This document shows positions 43,750-53,768 of a stretch of DNA of 64,000 bases, piece by piece (the stretch's first letter is position 1; every line of letters begins with the position of its first letter). This DNA comes from Treponemataceae bacterium (lineage in GTDB: Bacteria > Spirochaetota > Spirochaetia > Treponematales > Rectinemataceae), in NCBI GenBank assembly GCA_963677895.2, contig CAXXGJ010000021.1:32001-96000 (forward strand), written 5' to 3'. The translations under genes were made by a program, and so were the position numbers. The notes under the pieces are model-generated. The model worked only from the letters and a program-made list of their open reading frames with translations, was not told the origin of the DNA and made no database searches.

Positions 43750-45228
43750 TTACAGGAACTTGGATCTTCGCATCGCCATGGCCCTGCCGTATAGAGCGGT
43801 ATACTCGCTGGCGGACTTTTCCCAGGAAAATTCACGTGTCATGGCCTTCATGCGCATGATCTCTATATGCTCCCGGCGGTTGTACCAAGCCCAGACGGCC
43901 CAGCCTATCGTATTGAAAAGAGCGCGCGGCGTCAGGTCGTCGAACATGAAGCCCGTGCCGTCGCCCGTATCCTGAACGTAATTTTCCACCGTATCGGCGA
44001 GTCCGCCGGTGCGGTGCACTATGGGGAGGGTTCCATAGCGGAGCGAGTACATCTGGTTCAGGCCGCAGGGCTCGTAGCGGCTCGGCATCAGATAGAAATC
44101 GGAACCCGCCTCGATGAGGTGGGCAAGCCCTTCGTCGTAGCCGATTTTCGCCTTGAAATGGGGGAAGCGCGCCGAAAGAGATTTCAGCTCGTCCTCGCAC
44201 CAGGCGTCCCCCGAACCGACGATGGCTATCTGGACATTCATGGTCGAGAGAACATTCTGTATCGCCCCATAGCCTCTGCCGAACATTTCCCCGATGCCCT
44301 TCTGTTCGGTAAGCCTGGCGACCATCCCGAGGAGTGGGACCTTGTCGTCGACGGCCAGTCCGAATTTCTCCTGCAGGGCGCGTTTGCATGCGGCCTTGCC
44401 CTCCAGATCGACCACTGAGTATCGCGCGGGTATAAGCGTGTCGGTTTCGGGATTCCAGATATCTTTATCCACACCGTTCAGGATGCCGACGAGATCGCGG
44501 CTCCTGTGGCGCAGAAGGCCGTCGAGACCGAATCCATAGGCCGGCGTCTGTATCTCCCTCGCGTAGGTGGGCGAGACCGTAGTCAGGCAATCGGCGGCCG
44601 TGATGCCGGCCTTCAGGAGGTTGACCGCGTCGTGGAATTCGAATCCTGAGGCGTGAAAGTGCATCCAGTCGAGGCCGAAGAAGGGAAAATGCTCCTTGGC
44701 GTAGACGCCCTGATAGCCGAGATTATGTATCGTCAGGACGCTGGCGGTATTGGCGAAGCCCTTTTCCTTCTCCAGTGTCGACAGGTAGACCGGGACGAGG
44801 GAGGTAGGCCAGTCGTGGGCGTGCATGATATCGGGCGTCCATCCCAGTTTCCTGCAAAGCTGAAAAGCCGCCCTGGACAGGAGGCCGAAACGTTCCGGAT
44901 TGTCGGGATATTCGCTTTGGCTGGACTGACCGTAGACGCCGGTTCGTCCGTAATAATCTTCGTAATCCAGAAAATAGACGGGCACATTCGACGAGGGCAG
45001 CGCGGAGGAATAGACGCGGGTCCAGCATTCGCCGTTTCCCGCGGGAACGGCCATAGGTTCGTCGAGGACGGCTAGGTTGTCCTTCGGAATGAAATAATAG
45101 CGGGGCATGAGGATGCGCACGTCATGGCCAAGCCTGGAGAGGGCTACGGCCAGCGCGCTCACCGCATCGCCCAGACCGCCCGATTTGGCGAAGGGAACAG
45201 CCTCGCTCGAGATCATCAGAATCTTCAC
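43750..45228 (-). CDS. glgA: Glycogen synthase
   Basis: SEAVPFAKSGGLGD (KxGGL), HAHDW, TIHNLGYQG, GILNGVD, RLTEQKG, MPSRYEPCGLNQM. Confidence 0.96.
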   Translation of the reverse strand: MKILMISSEAVPFAKSGGLGDAVSALAVALSRLGHDVRILMPRYYFIPKDNLAVLDEPMAVPAGNGECWTRVYSSALPSSNVPVYFLDYEDYYGRTGVYGQSSQSEYPDNPERFGLLSRAAFQLCRKLGWTPDIMHAHDWPTSLVPVYLSTLEKEKGFANTASVLTIHNLGYQGVYAKEHFPFFGLDWMHFHASGFEFHDAVNLLKAGITAADCLTTVSPTYAREIQTPAYGFGLDGLLRHRSRDLVGILNGVDKDIWNPETDTLIPARYSVVDLEGKAACKRALQEKFGLAVDDKVPLLGMVARLTEQKGIGEMFGRGYGAIQNVLSTMNVQIAIVGSGDAWCEDELKSLSARFPHFKAKIGYDEGLAHLIEAGSDFYLMPSRYEPCGLNQMYSLRYGTLPIVHRTGGLADTVENYVQDTGDGTGFMFDDLTPRALFNTIGWAVWAWYNRREHIEIMRMKAMTREFSWEKSASEYTALYGRAMAMRRSKFL

Positions 45229-45337
45229 CGCAGGTCCTCCAGAAATCAAGAACGATTAGATTATACAAATACTTGCGGCAACCTGCAATGCTGAATCGCG
45301 CGGCCGATGTCCGCGCGCTTTCCGTTTGGAGGTAGCT

Positions 45338-47542
45338 ATGAAGAGAACAATATCATGGGTATTCATGTTACTGCCGACTTTAACTCTCGCCTGCGCCTGT
45401 ACGGGGCTACAGAACAACAGGCTGGGAACCTTGGCCGTCAAGCTCCGATTCGACGCAGGCTGGATCGGGTCCAAAGCCCTCTTCCAGGCGAAAAGCGGAG
45501 GCGCGAAGTCCATAATCCCCTCGGAGGATTGGAGTCCCGCGAGATTCGCCATTTCGGGTACCGGCCCCGGAGGCAGCGTCGTTTCGCTCGAAAGCGACGA
45601 TATGAACATAGAAACCAAGCTGGTTCCAGGAGATTGGGAGATTGCCGTGAAGGCGTTTTCCGCCGCGAACAAGGAAGTGGCCGCCGGAACGCTGACCTGT
45701 CTGCTCCAGCCGGGCAGGACTACGGCCGCCAATATCGTGCTTTATCCGCTCGAGGGTACCGGCAATCTATCCATCACGATCGCTAGCAACATCGAGATTC
45801 CAGCGGGAGGGCGCATAACCGGCAATCTTGCGTATAAAGGCCTGCCCGGACACCCGGCCCCCTCGGAGCCAACGACCTTGGCCATCGATATCCCATCGGA
45901 ACAGACGAGCGTCTCGTTCGAAGCCCTGCAGTCGGGGCATTATTCCATCAGCCTGAGGCTGCTGGCCTCCGATGGAGTCGTCTCGGGCGGATGCGCCGAT
46001 ACTGTGATGGTCATGTCGGGGTTCCTGAGCGAGGGAACCTGCCTCATAGAGATGGGCATGCCGGTCGCCGATCTCACCGCCACGCTGTATCCTTCATCGC
46101 CTCTTACGCCACCCCTGCTATCAGCGGAACATACATTTTCCCGAACACATGGATACATGCCGCTGGGGGTTCCGCTTCATGTGCCGGAGGCCGGCGACGT
46201 GATCGCGAGGAAATGGTACGTGAATGGCGAAGTAGCCGGAGAGGCCGTGCGGCTCACGGGAAACAGGGGCATCCTTCCCGAAGGGACATACGCCTTTCCC
46301 CAGGGCATCCCGCTTTCTCCCCTTTCGCTCGTGCGCGCCGATATCGTGGAAGAATCGCGGTCCACCTTCCGCGCCGGATCGGCCAGCGTGACCCTCGGCG
46401 CGGGCGAGGCAGTCGATTGCGGAAGCTTCGGATGGAGGTCCAGCTACGACTATGCCGCGGCTCTCTCCCCTTCGCTCCATCAAAACACGGCGGCCAACAA
46501 CGGCGGTTCCGGGAGCTTGTATGCCGCGAAGGCGATCGCGGCCAGCCCTTCCGGGCTTGTCGCGGTATCGGGCATGGACGGTGAAGGAGCGCTCCACGCG
46601 TTCGCCGCGGGGTATGGAGCCGAGCTGGACCCGGCCGTGGCCGGGGCGGGAAAGACGCTCTCCATCGACGCCTCCTGGGTCAGGCTGTGGCGGGAAAAAA
46701 TCAAAGTCGCCAATGTGGTCAAGACCGCCGATAGACTCGCGGTATCCAACGATGGGCGATTCATCGCTTCCGCGTCATCACAGTCCAACTGGATACACCT
46801 CTGCTCTCTCGACTCGAACGGGGCTTTTCTCGCCGCCTTTACGGCGACGGCCGAGGGGGACCTGAAGGCACTGTGCTTCTCCCCGGATGGCGGCAGACTC
46901 TACGCCGCGGCTAATTCGACAAAGAAAATCTATGCCTTCAATATCAACGAGACAGGGATAAGTCCCGCATGGATCACTCAACTCACGTCGGGAGGCGAGA
47001 CTCTTTCGCTTCAGGATATGACGATCACTAGTTCGGGAAGCATTATCGTCACGGCCAAGGACGCGTCCAGGATTTATGTTCTATCGAACGAGGGTTCCCT
47101 CAATGCGGAAATGACTATCCAGGGCGCCTCGGGAGGGACCGATCCCTACCATCCCGGCGCGCTCGCGATTTCAAGCCGAGGGGACTCCTTCTACGTTCTC
47201 TGCGACGAAGAAAAGATCATCCATTTCAGCCGGGCCGATTCCCTCTCTCCCTATGCTCCGGCTACTTCCTTCATCCTTCCCGCCGAGGCGGAGGGAAGCT
47301 GCTTCATTGCCGCGGGAACCCGATCGGGAGAAACCGCGGAAATCGTGGCCGCCGCGGGCGGGGCGAATATCGAATTCTTCGAGATCGGCGGCGATGGAAC
47401 CCTTCTGGACGGCTATCCTCTCCTCTCTGCGCCAGGGGTTCCCGCCGGCACTCAGATGAGCGACATGCTCTGTTTCGCGAGGGGTGCGTTCCTGTTGACG
47501 GGAGGAACTTCGGGCGTCGTTTCCGTGTTCGGCGCCGACTAG
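45338..47542 (+). CDS. Hypothetical lipoprotein with beta-rich N-terminus and beta-propeller-like C-terminus
   Basis: ggagg SD; lipobox-like TLAC/LACAC; repeats AVSNDGRFI, CFSPDGGRLY, AISSRGDSFY. Confidence 0.7.
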   Translation: MKRTISWVFMLLPTLTLACACTGLQNNRLGTLAVKLRFDAGWIGSKALFQAKSGGAKSIIPSEDWSPARFAISGTGPGGSVVSLESDDMNIETKLVPGDWEIAVKAFSAANKEVAAGTLTCLLQPGRTTAANIVLYPLEGTGNLSITIASNIEIPAGGRITGNLAYKGLPGHPAPSEPTTLAIDIPSEQTSVSFEALQSGHYSISLRLLASDGVVSGGCADTVMVMSGFLSEGTCLIEMGMPVADLTATLYPSSPLTPPLLSAEHTFSRTHGYMPLGVPLHVPEAGDVIARKWYVNGEVAGEAVRLTGNRGILPEGTYAFPQGIPLSPLSLVRADIVEESRSTFRAGSASVTLGAGEAVDCGSFGWRSSYDYAAALSPSLHQNTAANNGGSGSLYAAKAIAASPSGLVAVSGMDGEGALHAFAAGYGAELDPAVAGAGKTLSIDASWVRLWREKIKVANVVKTADRLAVSNDGRFIASASSQSNWIHLCSLDSNGAFLAAFTATAEGDLKALCFSPDGGRLYAAANSTKKIYAFNINETGISPAWITQLTSGGETLSLQDMTITSSGSIIVTAKDASRIYVLSNEGSLNAEMTIQGASGGTDPYHPGALAISSRGDSFYVLCDEEKIIHFSRADSLSPYAPATSFILPAEAEGSCFIAAGTRSGETAEIVAAAGGANIEFFEIGGDGTLLDGYPLLSAPGVPAGTQMSDMLCFARGAFLLTGGTSGVVSVFGAD

Positions 47543-47640
47543 GAACAGGCGATCCGGGCGACTGGGGCGCTTCGCGCCCGTGCGGTCACTGGCGCAAAGT
47601 GCTCCAGTTGCTGTATCTTTATGCTTTCAGGAGAAAGAGA

Positions 47641-49407
47641 ATGTACAAACTGGAAAACTTCACGCTCGTCGAAATGGTAAAAAATAGCGGAAAACATTAC
47701 GCCTCTCTCCCCGCGCTCTCCATGGTAGGGGGTATGCGGTTGACGTACGAAGAGGTGGAAAAGCGCTCGGCGACCATGGCCGCGGTCCTCGCATCCCATG
47801 GCGTCGGCATAGGCGATAAAGTCGCCCTCCTCGCAGAAAGCTCCCCGTACTGGGGCGTCGCCTATTTCGGCATTCTCCGCGCGGGCGCCATCGTCGTCCC
47901 CATCCTCACGGATTTTACCGCCGAACAGATCCGGAACATCGTGGTCCACTCGGAAGCCAAGGCCATCGTATGTTCGGACAAGCTTCTTCAGAAGACGCAG
48001 TCCCTGGGGCTTTCCATTCTCCTTCTCGATATCAAGGACGGAGCGCGGAGGAGCCTATCCTCCGAGACGACCGGCGAAGCTTCCATCGCCCCCGAACCCG
48101 CCGTTCAGCCTTCCATCGATCCGGCGTTCGTCACCGCGTCACCCCGGCCCGACGATATAGCGATGATCGTCTATACTTCGGGAACGACAGGCCTGTCGAA
48201 AGGCGTCATGCTCAGCCACAGGAATATCCTTTCCAATGCCTTAGGCTGCCGCTCCATCATCATTCTCCACAGAACCGACAAATTGCTGTCCATCCTTCCC
48301 CTCGCCCATACCTACGAATTCACCATCGGATTTATCATTCCGCTGCTCTCGGGTTCGCAGATATTCTATCTGGACAGACCCCCTTCACCCACGGTCCTGC
48401 TTCCGGCCCTGAAACTGATCAGGCCTACCATCATGCTTTCGGTTCCGCTCGTCATCGAAAAGGTCTATCGATCGAATATTAAGCCTACCCTCGAAGGCAT
48501 GAAGCTGTACGCCAACCCGATAATCAAGCCGATCCTCATCAAGTTTGCCGGCATCAAGCTCAAGAAGACCTTCGGCGGCCGAATACGCTTTTTCGGCGTC
48601 GGGGGAGCGCCGCTCGCCAGCGACGTCGAAGAATTCCTCAAGAAAGCGAGGTTCCACTATGCTATCGGGTACGGCCTGACCGAGTGCGCCCCGCTTCTCG
48701 CCGGAGCTCCTCCCAGCAAAACCTTTCTCCGTTCGACCGGTCCAGCCCTCGATGGCGTCACCATCAGGATAGCCAACCCCAACCCGAGCACGGGAGAAGG
48801 CGAGATACAAGCCAAGGGCGATAATATTTTCAAAGGGTATTACAAGGATCCGGAACGCACGAAGGAGACCTTCACCGAAGATGGATGGTTCAAGACAGGC
48901 GACCTGGGATTCATAGACGATAAGAAAAGGGTATTCGTGCGCGGACGGATCAAGACCATGATCCTCGGCGCCTCGGGCGAGAATATCTATCCCGAGGAAA
49001 TTGAGGCGGTGCTGAATCAGTCGCCTTACGTGGCGGAATCCCTCGTCATTGAAGGCGAGTCGGGCCTTACGGCCTTCGTCTATCTGAAAAGCGAGGTACT
49101 TGAGAATCTTGAAGCCAGAATACAGGACGGACTGGACGCAGCCGGGGACATTTCCTCCCGGATGGGAAACGCCTTAGCCCAAGCTGAAAAATCGGTGGCC
49201 AAATCCCTCGGTCAGGCCTGGGGCGACGCCGAGAAAACCGCGGGAAAGCTTCTGGAAACCATAAGAAAAGAGGCCAACGCTAAGCTCACCTCTTTTTCCA
49301 AGATACGCACGATAAAGCTGCATGATGGACCTTTTGAAAAGACACCCACGCAGAAAATCAAGCGCTTCCTCTATTCGAAATCGGGAGATATCAAATCCAA
49401 TAATTGA
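47641..49407 (+). CDS. fadD: Long-chain acyl-CoA synthetase (AMP-binding)
   Basis: YTSGTTGLSKGV, ILPLAH, GYGLTE, GWFKTGDLG, GENIYPEEIE, KTPTQKIKR. Confidence 0.9.
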   Translation: MYKLENFTLVEMVKNSGKHYASLPALSMVGGMRLTYEEVEKRSATMAAVLASHGVGIGDKVALLAESSPYWGVAYFGILRAGAIVVPILTDFTAEQIRNIVVHSEAKAIVCSDKLLQKTQSLGLSILLLDIKDGARRSLSSETTGEASIAPEPAVQPSIDPAFVTASPRPDDIAMIVYTSGTTGLSKGVMLSHRNILSNALGCRSIIILHRTDKLLSILPLAHTYEFTIGFIIPLLSGSQIFYLDRPPSPTVLLPALKLIRPTIMLSVPLVIEKVYRSNIKPTLEGMKLYANPIIKPILIKFAGIKLKKTFGGRIRFFGVGGAPLASDVEEFLKKARFHYAIGYGLTECAPLLAGAPPSKTFLRSTGPALDGVTIRIANPNPSTGEGEIQAKGDNIFKGYYKDPERTKETFTEDGWFKTGDLGFIDDKKRVFVRGRIKTMILGASGENIYPEEIEAVLNQSPYVAESLVIEGESGLTAFVYLKSEVLENLEARIQDGLDAAGDISSRMGNALAQAEKSVAKSLGQAWGDAEKTAGKLLETIRKEANAKLTSFSKIRTIKLHDGPFEKTPTQKIKRFLYSKSGDIKSNN

Positions 49408-49418
49408 CCCGGGCGATT

Positions 49419-50468
49419 TCAGCGATCCCTGACCGAGGTTTTCCGGTTGATGAAGGCGAAGAAGATCGCGAGGATAGCGATGGCGGAAATTCTCGTGACG
49501 AAACCGGCGGCTCTGTTCATATAGAGAGGGCTGAGGGCCGCGAGGGCGAGAAGCGTATTGATGCTGTAGATGATGAGAAGGACCCAGCCCGTGGATTTTA
49601 CCTTTCCGAGCAATATATGGTGGAGATGCCCCATGTCCGCGGTAAAGAAGGATACATGGGCCTTCTTGCGCCTGTACATGGCCGACAGGGTGTCGAAAAT
49701 CGGGATACCCAGCGTCGCCGACGCCGAAATGAGCCCAACTTCCGCGTTTTTGCTCCCCCCATTGCCGAGAAGCGGCAATATGGCCAGACAAAAGCCCAGA
49801 AAGAGACTCCCCGAATCGCCCATGAATATCTTGGCGGGGGGAAAGTTGAAGATGAGAAACCCGGCTGTCGCTCCCGTTATCGCCAGGCAAATCTCGGCTG
49901 AAAGAAGGGCTCCCTGGACCCAGAAAGAAATGCCGAAGGTCAACGAAGCGATGAAGCAGATGCCCCCGGCGAGACCATCGAGACCGTCTATCAGGTTCAT
50001 GGCATTCGTTATGCCGATGATCCAAAGCAGCGTGATGGGATAGGAGAATACTCCCAGATTAATGAAGCCATCGCCCCAGGGAACTATCATGACCTTGAAA
50101 CGGAAGCCGAATAGTATGAGGAAGATGGCGGCCGTCACCTGAACGAGGAATTTCAGCCTCGCTCGCAGGTCGATAAGGTCGTCGATGAGGCCCAGGAAAA
50201 ATATCGCGGCTCCGGCAAGCACGATCGGCCAAATTTTATACTGTACCTGAAAATTATCGATCAGAGGTCCCTGCAGCAGCATCAGCGCCAGTATCGTGGC
50301 AAGAAAGGCCGAGGCTATCCCTACTCCGCCCAGCCTGGGGATATTCCCGTTATGTATCTTCCTCTCGTTTACCGTATCGTAGAGTCCTTGTTTGTGCGCG
50401 AAATACAGTATTGCCGGTACCATCGACGAGGCAAAGGCGCATGACAACAACATTGATATCAGCGGCAC
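49419..50468 (-). CDS. wecA: Undecaprenyl-phosphate GlcNAc-1-phosphate transferase (WecA/TagO, MraY family)
   Basis: RKIH...IPRLGG, GLIDD, NAMNLIDGLDGLA, NFPPAKIFMGDSGS, HLHH. Confidence 0.88.
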   Translation of the reverse strand: MPLISMLLSCAFASSMVPAILYFAHKQGLYDTVNERKIHNGNIPRLGGVGIASAFLATILALMLLQGPLIDNFQVQYKIWPIVLAGAAIFFLGLIDDLIDLRARLKFLVQVTAAIFLILFGFRFKVMIVPWGDGFINLGVFSYPITLLWIIGITNAMNLIDGLDGLAGGICFIASLTFGISFWVQGALLSAEICLAITGATAGFLIFNFPPAKIFMGDSGSLFLGFCLAILPLLGNGGSKNAEVGLISASATLGIPIFDTLSAMYRRKKAHVSFFTADMGHLHHILLGKVKSTGWVLLIIYSINTLLALAALSPLYMNRAAGFVTRISAIAILAIFFAFINRKTSVRDR

Positions 50469-50530
50469 AAGATCCTCCCAGACTTTTTGAAAACAAAGCA
50501 CTTAATCACATAGTAATTGTATTCTAAAGC

Positions 50531-50563
50531 AAAAGCGGCCGGAATCGCAAGGTTCCGGCCGCT
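50531..50563 (-). terminator. Intrinsic terminator after gcvPB
   Basis: Minus strand agcggccggaacc-ttgc-gattccggccgc-tttt. Confidence 0.8.
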
Positions 50564-50605
50564 CTAAACGAGCAGGATAAAGGCTAGGGCGGCTCGCGCC
50601 GCGGT

Positions 50606-52039
50606 TCAGCCTCTATAGCAGAGCACGGGGGAGCGAGCTGCGGCTACCTCGTCCATTCGTCCGACAGGCGTCGTCGAAGGAGCCTGATGGAGCAGTTCGG
50701 GATTCGTCCTGGCCTCCTCGGCTATGGCGAGCATCGCGTTGGCGAAGGCATCGAGATTGCGCTTGCTCTCCGTTTCCGTCGGCTCGATCATGAGGGCTTC
50801 GGGCACGATCAGGGGGAAGTAGATTGTGGGCGGATGGAATCCGTAATCTATGAGGCGCTTGGCTATGTCCAAGGTATGGATGCCCGGCGCTATATCGCCC
50901 ATCGCGACGAATTCGTGCATGCAGGTGCGCGTATACTTGAGCTTGTACGCTTTTTCCAGACGAGCTCGCAGGTAATTGGCGTTGAGGACAGAGTTTTCCG
51001 CGATCCGCCTCATCCCGTTGGCCCCCTGCATCCTGACATAGGTATAGGCGCGAACAAGCACTCCGAAGTTTCCGTAGAAAGCCTTTACCTTGCCGATGCT
51101 CGACTCGGGCATGGAGAGCGCGTATTTGCCGCCCTTCCGGACCGCGACCGGACCGGGAAGATAGGGCACTAGTTCCTTGACGGCGCCGACCATGCCCGCG
51201 CCGGGTCCTCCACCGCCATGGGGGGTGGAGAAGGTTTTGTGCAGGTTGAAGTGCATGACGTCGATGCCGCTCTTGCCGGGCTTGAATACGCCCGTCAGGG
51301 CATTCATGTTCGCGCCGTCGCCGTACACCAGGCCGCCAGCCTCATGCACCATCTTCGCGATCTTCGTGATGTTCCTCTCGAACAGCCCGAGGGTATTGGG
51401 ATTGGTGATCATGATGCCAGCCACCGAGTCGTCCAGGGCAGCCTTGAGGGCCTTGAGATCGATGTTGCCGTCGCGCCCCGAAGGAATGGTCTGGGTGACG
51501 AAGCCGGCCATCGTGCAGGAAGCCGGGTTGGTGCCGTGAGCGGAATCGGGGATGAGCATCTTGGTGCGCTGGGTTTGTCCCTTGGCCCGCAGGTAATCCC
51601 TTATCATGAGGACGCCGGATAGTTCGCCATGGGCGCCGGCCGCGGGCTGCAGGGACACCGCAGCGAAACCGCCAATTTCGGCAAGGCTGGCCTGGAGCTT
51701 ATAGATGAGTTCGATGGCGCCCTGGGACTGGGCGTCGCCGGCGAGAGGATGCGCGTTCCGCCATCCCGCGTTCGCGGCGGCAGTCTCGTTGGCCCTGGGG
51801 TTGTACTTCATCGTGCAGGAACCCAGAGGATAGAAATGCGTGTCTATGGAAAAATTCTTCTGGGAAAGCCTCGTGAAATGCCGTACCACCGTCAGCTCAT
51901 CCAGTTCGGGCAAGGCCAGGGATTCGCGGACGAGGCCGGCCGGCAAGGAAGCTTTCGGCACATCGGAATCGGGAAGCGAACAACCGATGAGACCGGGACT
52001 CGTGAGTTCGAAGACCAGAGGTTCCTGAATGAGATTCAT
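50606..52039 (-). CDS. gcvPB: Glycine dehydrogenase (decarboxylating) subunit 2
   Basis: YPLGSCTMKYNP, QPAAGAHGE, SAHGTNPAS, NLHKTFSTPHGGGGPG, EPTETE. Confidence 0.96.
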   Translation of the reverse strand: MNLIQEPLVFELTSPGLIGCSLPDSDVPKASLPAGLVRESLALPELDELTVVRHFTRLSQKNFSIDTHFYPLGSCTMKYNPRANETAAANAGWRNAHPLAGDAQSQGAIELIYKLQASLAEIGGFAAVSLQPAAGAHGELSGVLMIRDYLRAKGQTQRTKMLIPDSAHGTNPASCTMAGFVTQTIPSGRDGNIDLKALKAALDDSVAGIMITNPNTLGLFERNITKIAKMVHEAGGLVYGDGANMNALTGVFKPGKSGIDVMHFNLHKTFSTPHGGGGPGAGMVGAVKELVPYLPGPVAVRKGGKYALSMPESSIGKVKAFYGNFGVLVRAYTYVRMQGANGMRRIAENSVLNANYLRARLEKAYKLKYTRTCMHEFVAMGDIAPGIHTLDIAKRLIDYGFHPPTIYFPLIVPEALMIEPTETESKRNLDAFANAMLAIAEEARTNPELLHQAPSTTPVGRMDEVAAARSPVLCYRG

Positions 52040-53355
52040 GCCGAAACCTCCTTGAGAGCGGCGACAAGTCTGTCGATCTCCGCCTTCGTGTTCATCTCCG
52101 TCGCGCAGACGAGCAACTCCTTGGTCCGCGAGGCGTCATAGCGGGAGAGAGGCAGGCCAGGCACGATGTGCCTCTTCACGAGAGCCGCATAGATGTCGGC
52201 GGCGGGTCTGGGCGTTGAAACGAGGAACTCCTTGAAGAAGCTCTTCGTGACCACCTTGAATCCCGGAATTTCAGCGATCCTGGAAGCGGCGTAGTGGGCC
52301 TTGTCGTTGCAGAGCGATGCGACCATCTCCATTCCCTTGGATCCCATGGCGGCCATGTAGATGCAGGCCTGGAGCATGACGAGACCCTGGTTCGAGCAGA
52401 TGTTGGATACGGCCTTTTCGCGCCGGATATGCTGTTCGCGCGCGGTCAACGTGAGCACGAAACCCCGCCTTCCATCGTGGTCTTTGGCTTCGCCCACGAT
52501 GCGTCCGGGCATCTTGCGCATGAACTTCGCCGTTGTTCCCATCATGCCGAGGTAGGGGCCGCCGAAATTCATGGAATTGCCGAGGCACTGGCCTTCGGCG
52601 ACGACGATGTCGGCGCCCTGGGCTCCCGGGCTCTTCAGGATCGCGCACATGATCGGGTCAGCCTGCACGATGAAGAGCGCGCCCGAATCATGCGCCTTCT
52701 TCGCGCCCGCCTCGAGGGGATAAATCTCCCCCGAGAAGCTCGGGTAGGCGGCCACGAGACAAGCCGTCAGGCCGTCCATGGGAGCCGTTTCCGGAGCGCC
52801 CTTGTATTCTACGATTTCCACATCGAAGGACGAGAAGTAGGTTTTCACCACATCCTTGTATTCGGGATGGATGTCGGCGGGGAGAAGAATCCGCTTCCGC
52901 GCCTCGTCGATTTTCCATGCCATGAGGATGGCTTCGGCCAGAGCCGTGGCGCCATCGTAGTGCGAGGCGTTGACGACGGCCATTCCCAGGAGTTCGGCGG
53001 CCATGCTCTGGTATTCGAATATCGCCTGCAGCGTCCCCTGGGACACTTCGGGCTGGTAGGGAGTGTAGGCGGTGAGGAATTCGCCTCTCGAAGCGAGGGC
53101 TGGCACGATGGAAGGAATGAAATGATTGTAGGCCCCCGCTCCCAGGAACCAGGCGGCCTGTCCGGCCCCCAGATTCTTGGCCGACAAAGCCTCGATTTCC
53201 TTGAGAACCTCGAACTCCGAAATACCGTCGGGTAATTTTAGCGGAGGGAAGCGCCGGCTCGCCGGAATGTCGGAAAAGAGCTCTTCCACGCTCCCCTTCC
53301 CGATCACCTCCAGCATGGCCTTGCGTTCAACCTCGGAATTGGGAATGAACGGCAC
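52036..53355 (-). CDS. gcvPA: Glycine dehydrogenase (decarboxylating) subunit 1
   Basis: FLGAGAY, TAYTPYQPEVSQG.LQ, NASHYDG, REQHIRREKA.SNICSNQ. Confidence 0.96.
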   Translation of the reverse strand: MPFIPNSEVERKAMLEVIGKGSVEELFSDIPASRRFPPLKLPDGISEFEVLKEIEALSAKNLGAGQAAWFLGAGAYNHFIPSIVPALASRGEFLTAYTPYQPEVSQGTLQAIFEYQSMAAELLGMAVVNASHYDGATALAEAILMAWKIDEARKRILLPADIHPEYKDVVKTYFSSFDVEIVEYKGAPETAPMDGLTACLVAAYPSFSGEIYPLEAGAKKAHDSGALFIVQADPIMCAILKSPGAQGADIVVAEGQCLGNSMNFGGPYLGMMGTTAKFMRKMPGRIVGEAKDHDGRRGFVLTLTAREQHIRREKAVSNICSNQGLVMLQACIYMAAMGSKGMEMVASLCNDKAHYAASRIAEIPGFKVVTKSFFKEFLVSTPRPAADIYAALVKRHIVPGLPLSRYDASRTKELLVCATEMNTKAEIDRLVAALKEVSA

Positions 53356-53359
53356 GGGC

Positions 53360-53743
53360 TCACGCCTCCCCTATGGCTTTCGCATAGTCCTGCGCGCTCA
53401 TCAGCGCGTCCAGTTCGGCGATATTGGACGGTTGGATCTTGAGCATCCAGCCCGCGGCATAGGGCTCCTTGTTGACGAGGGCGGGATCAGCCTGGAGGGC
53501 TTCGTTGACCGCGGCGATCGTGCCTGAAACCGGCATGTAGAGATCGCTGGCCGCCTTCACGGATTCGACGGTCCCGAAAGTCTGACCCTTGGCGAGGGTC
53601 TTCCCGACGGCGGGCAACTCGATGAATACGATGTCGCCGAGTTCGGCTTGGGCATGATCGGAAATGCCGACGACAACAAGGCCGCCATCGAGCCTCGCGA
53701 ATTCATGGGATTCGGCATACTTCGCTTTCGTATCGATACTCAT
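53360..53743 (-). CDS. gcvH: Glycine cleavage system H protein
   Basis: GISDHAQ..LGDIVF, lipoyl site VESVKAAS, VN..PY..GW. Confidence 0.97.
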   Translation of the reverse strand: MSIDTKAKYAESHEFARLDGGLVVVGISDHAQAELGDIVFIELPAVGKTLAKGQTFGTVESVKAASDLYMPVSGTIAAVNEALQADPALVNKEPYAAGWMLKIQPSNIAELDALMSAQDYAKAIGEA

Positions 53744-53768
53744 GGTTCTACTCCTTTATCTTCTTCGC

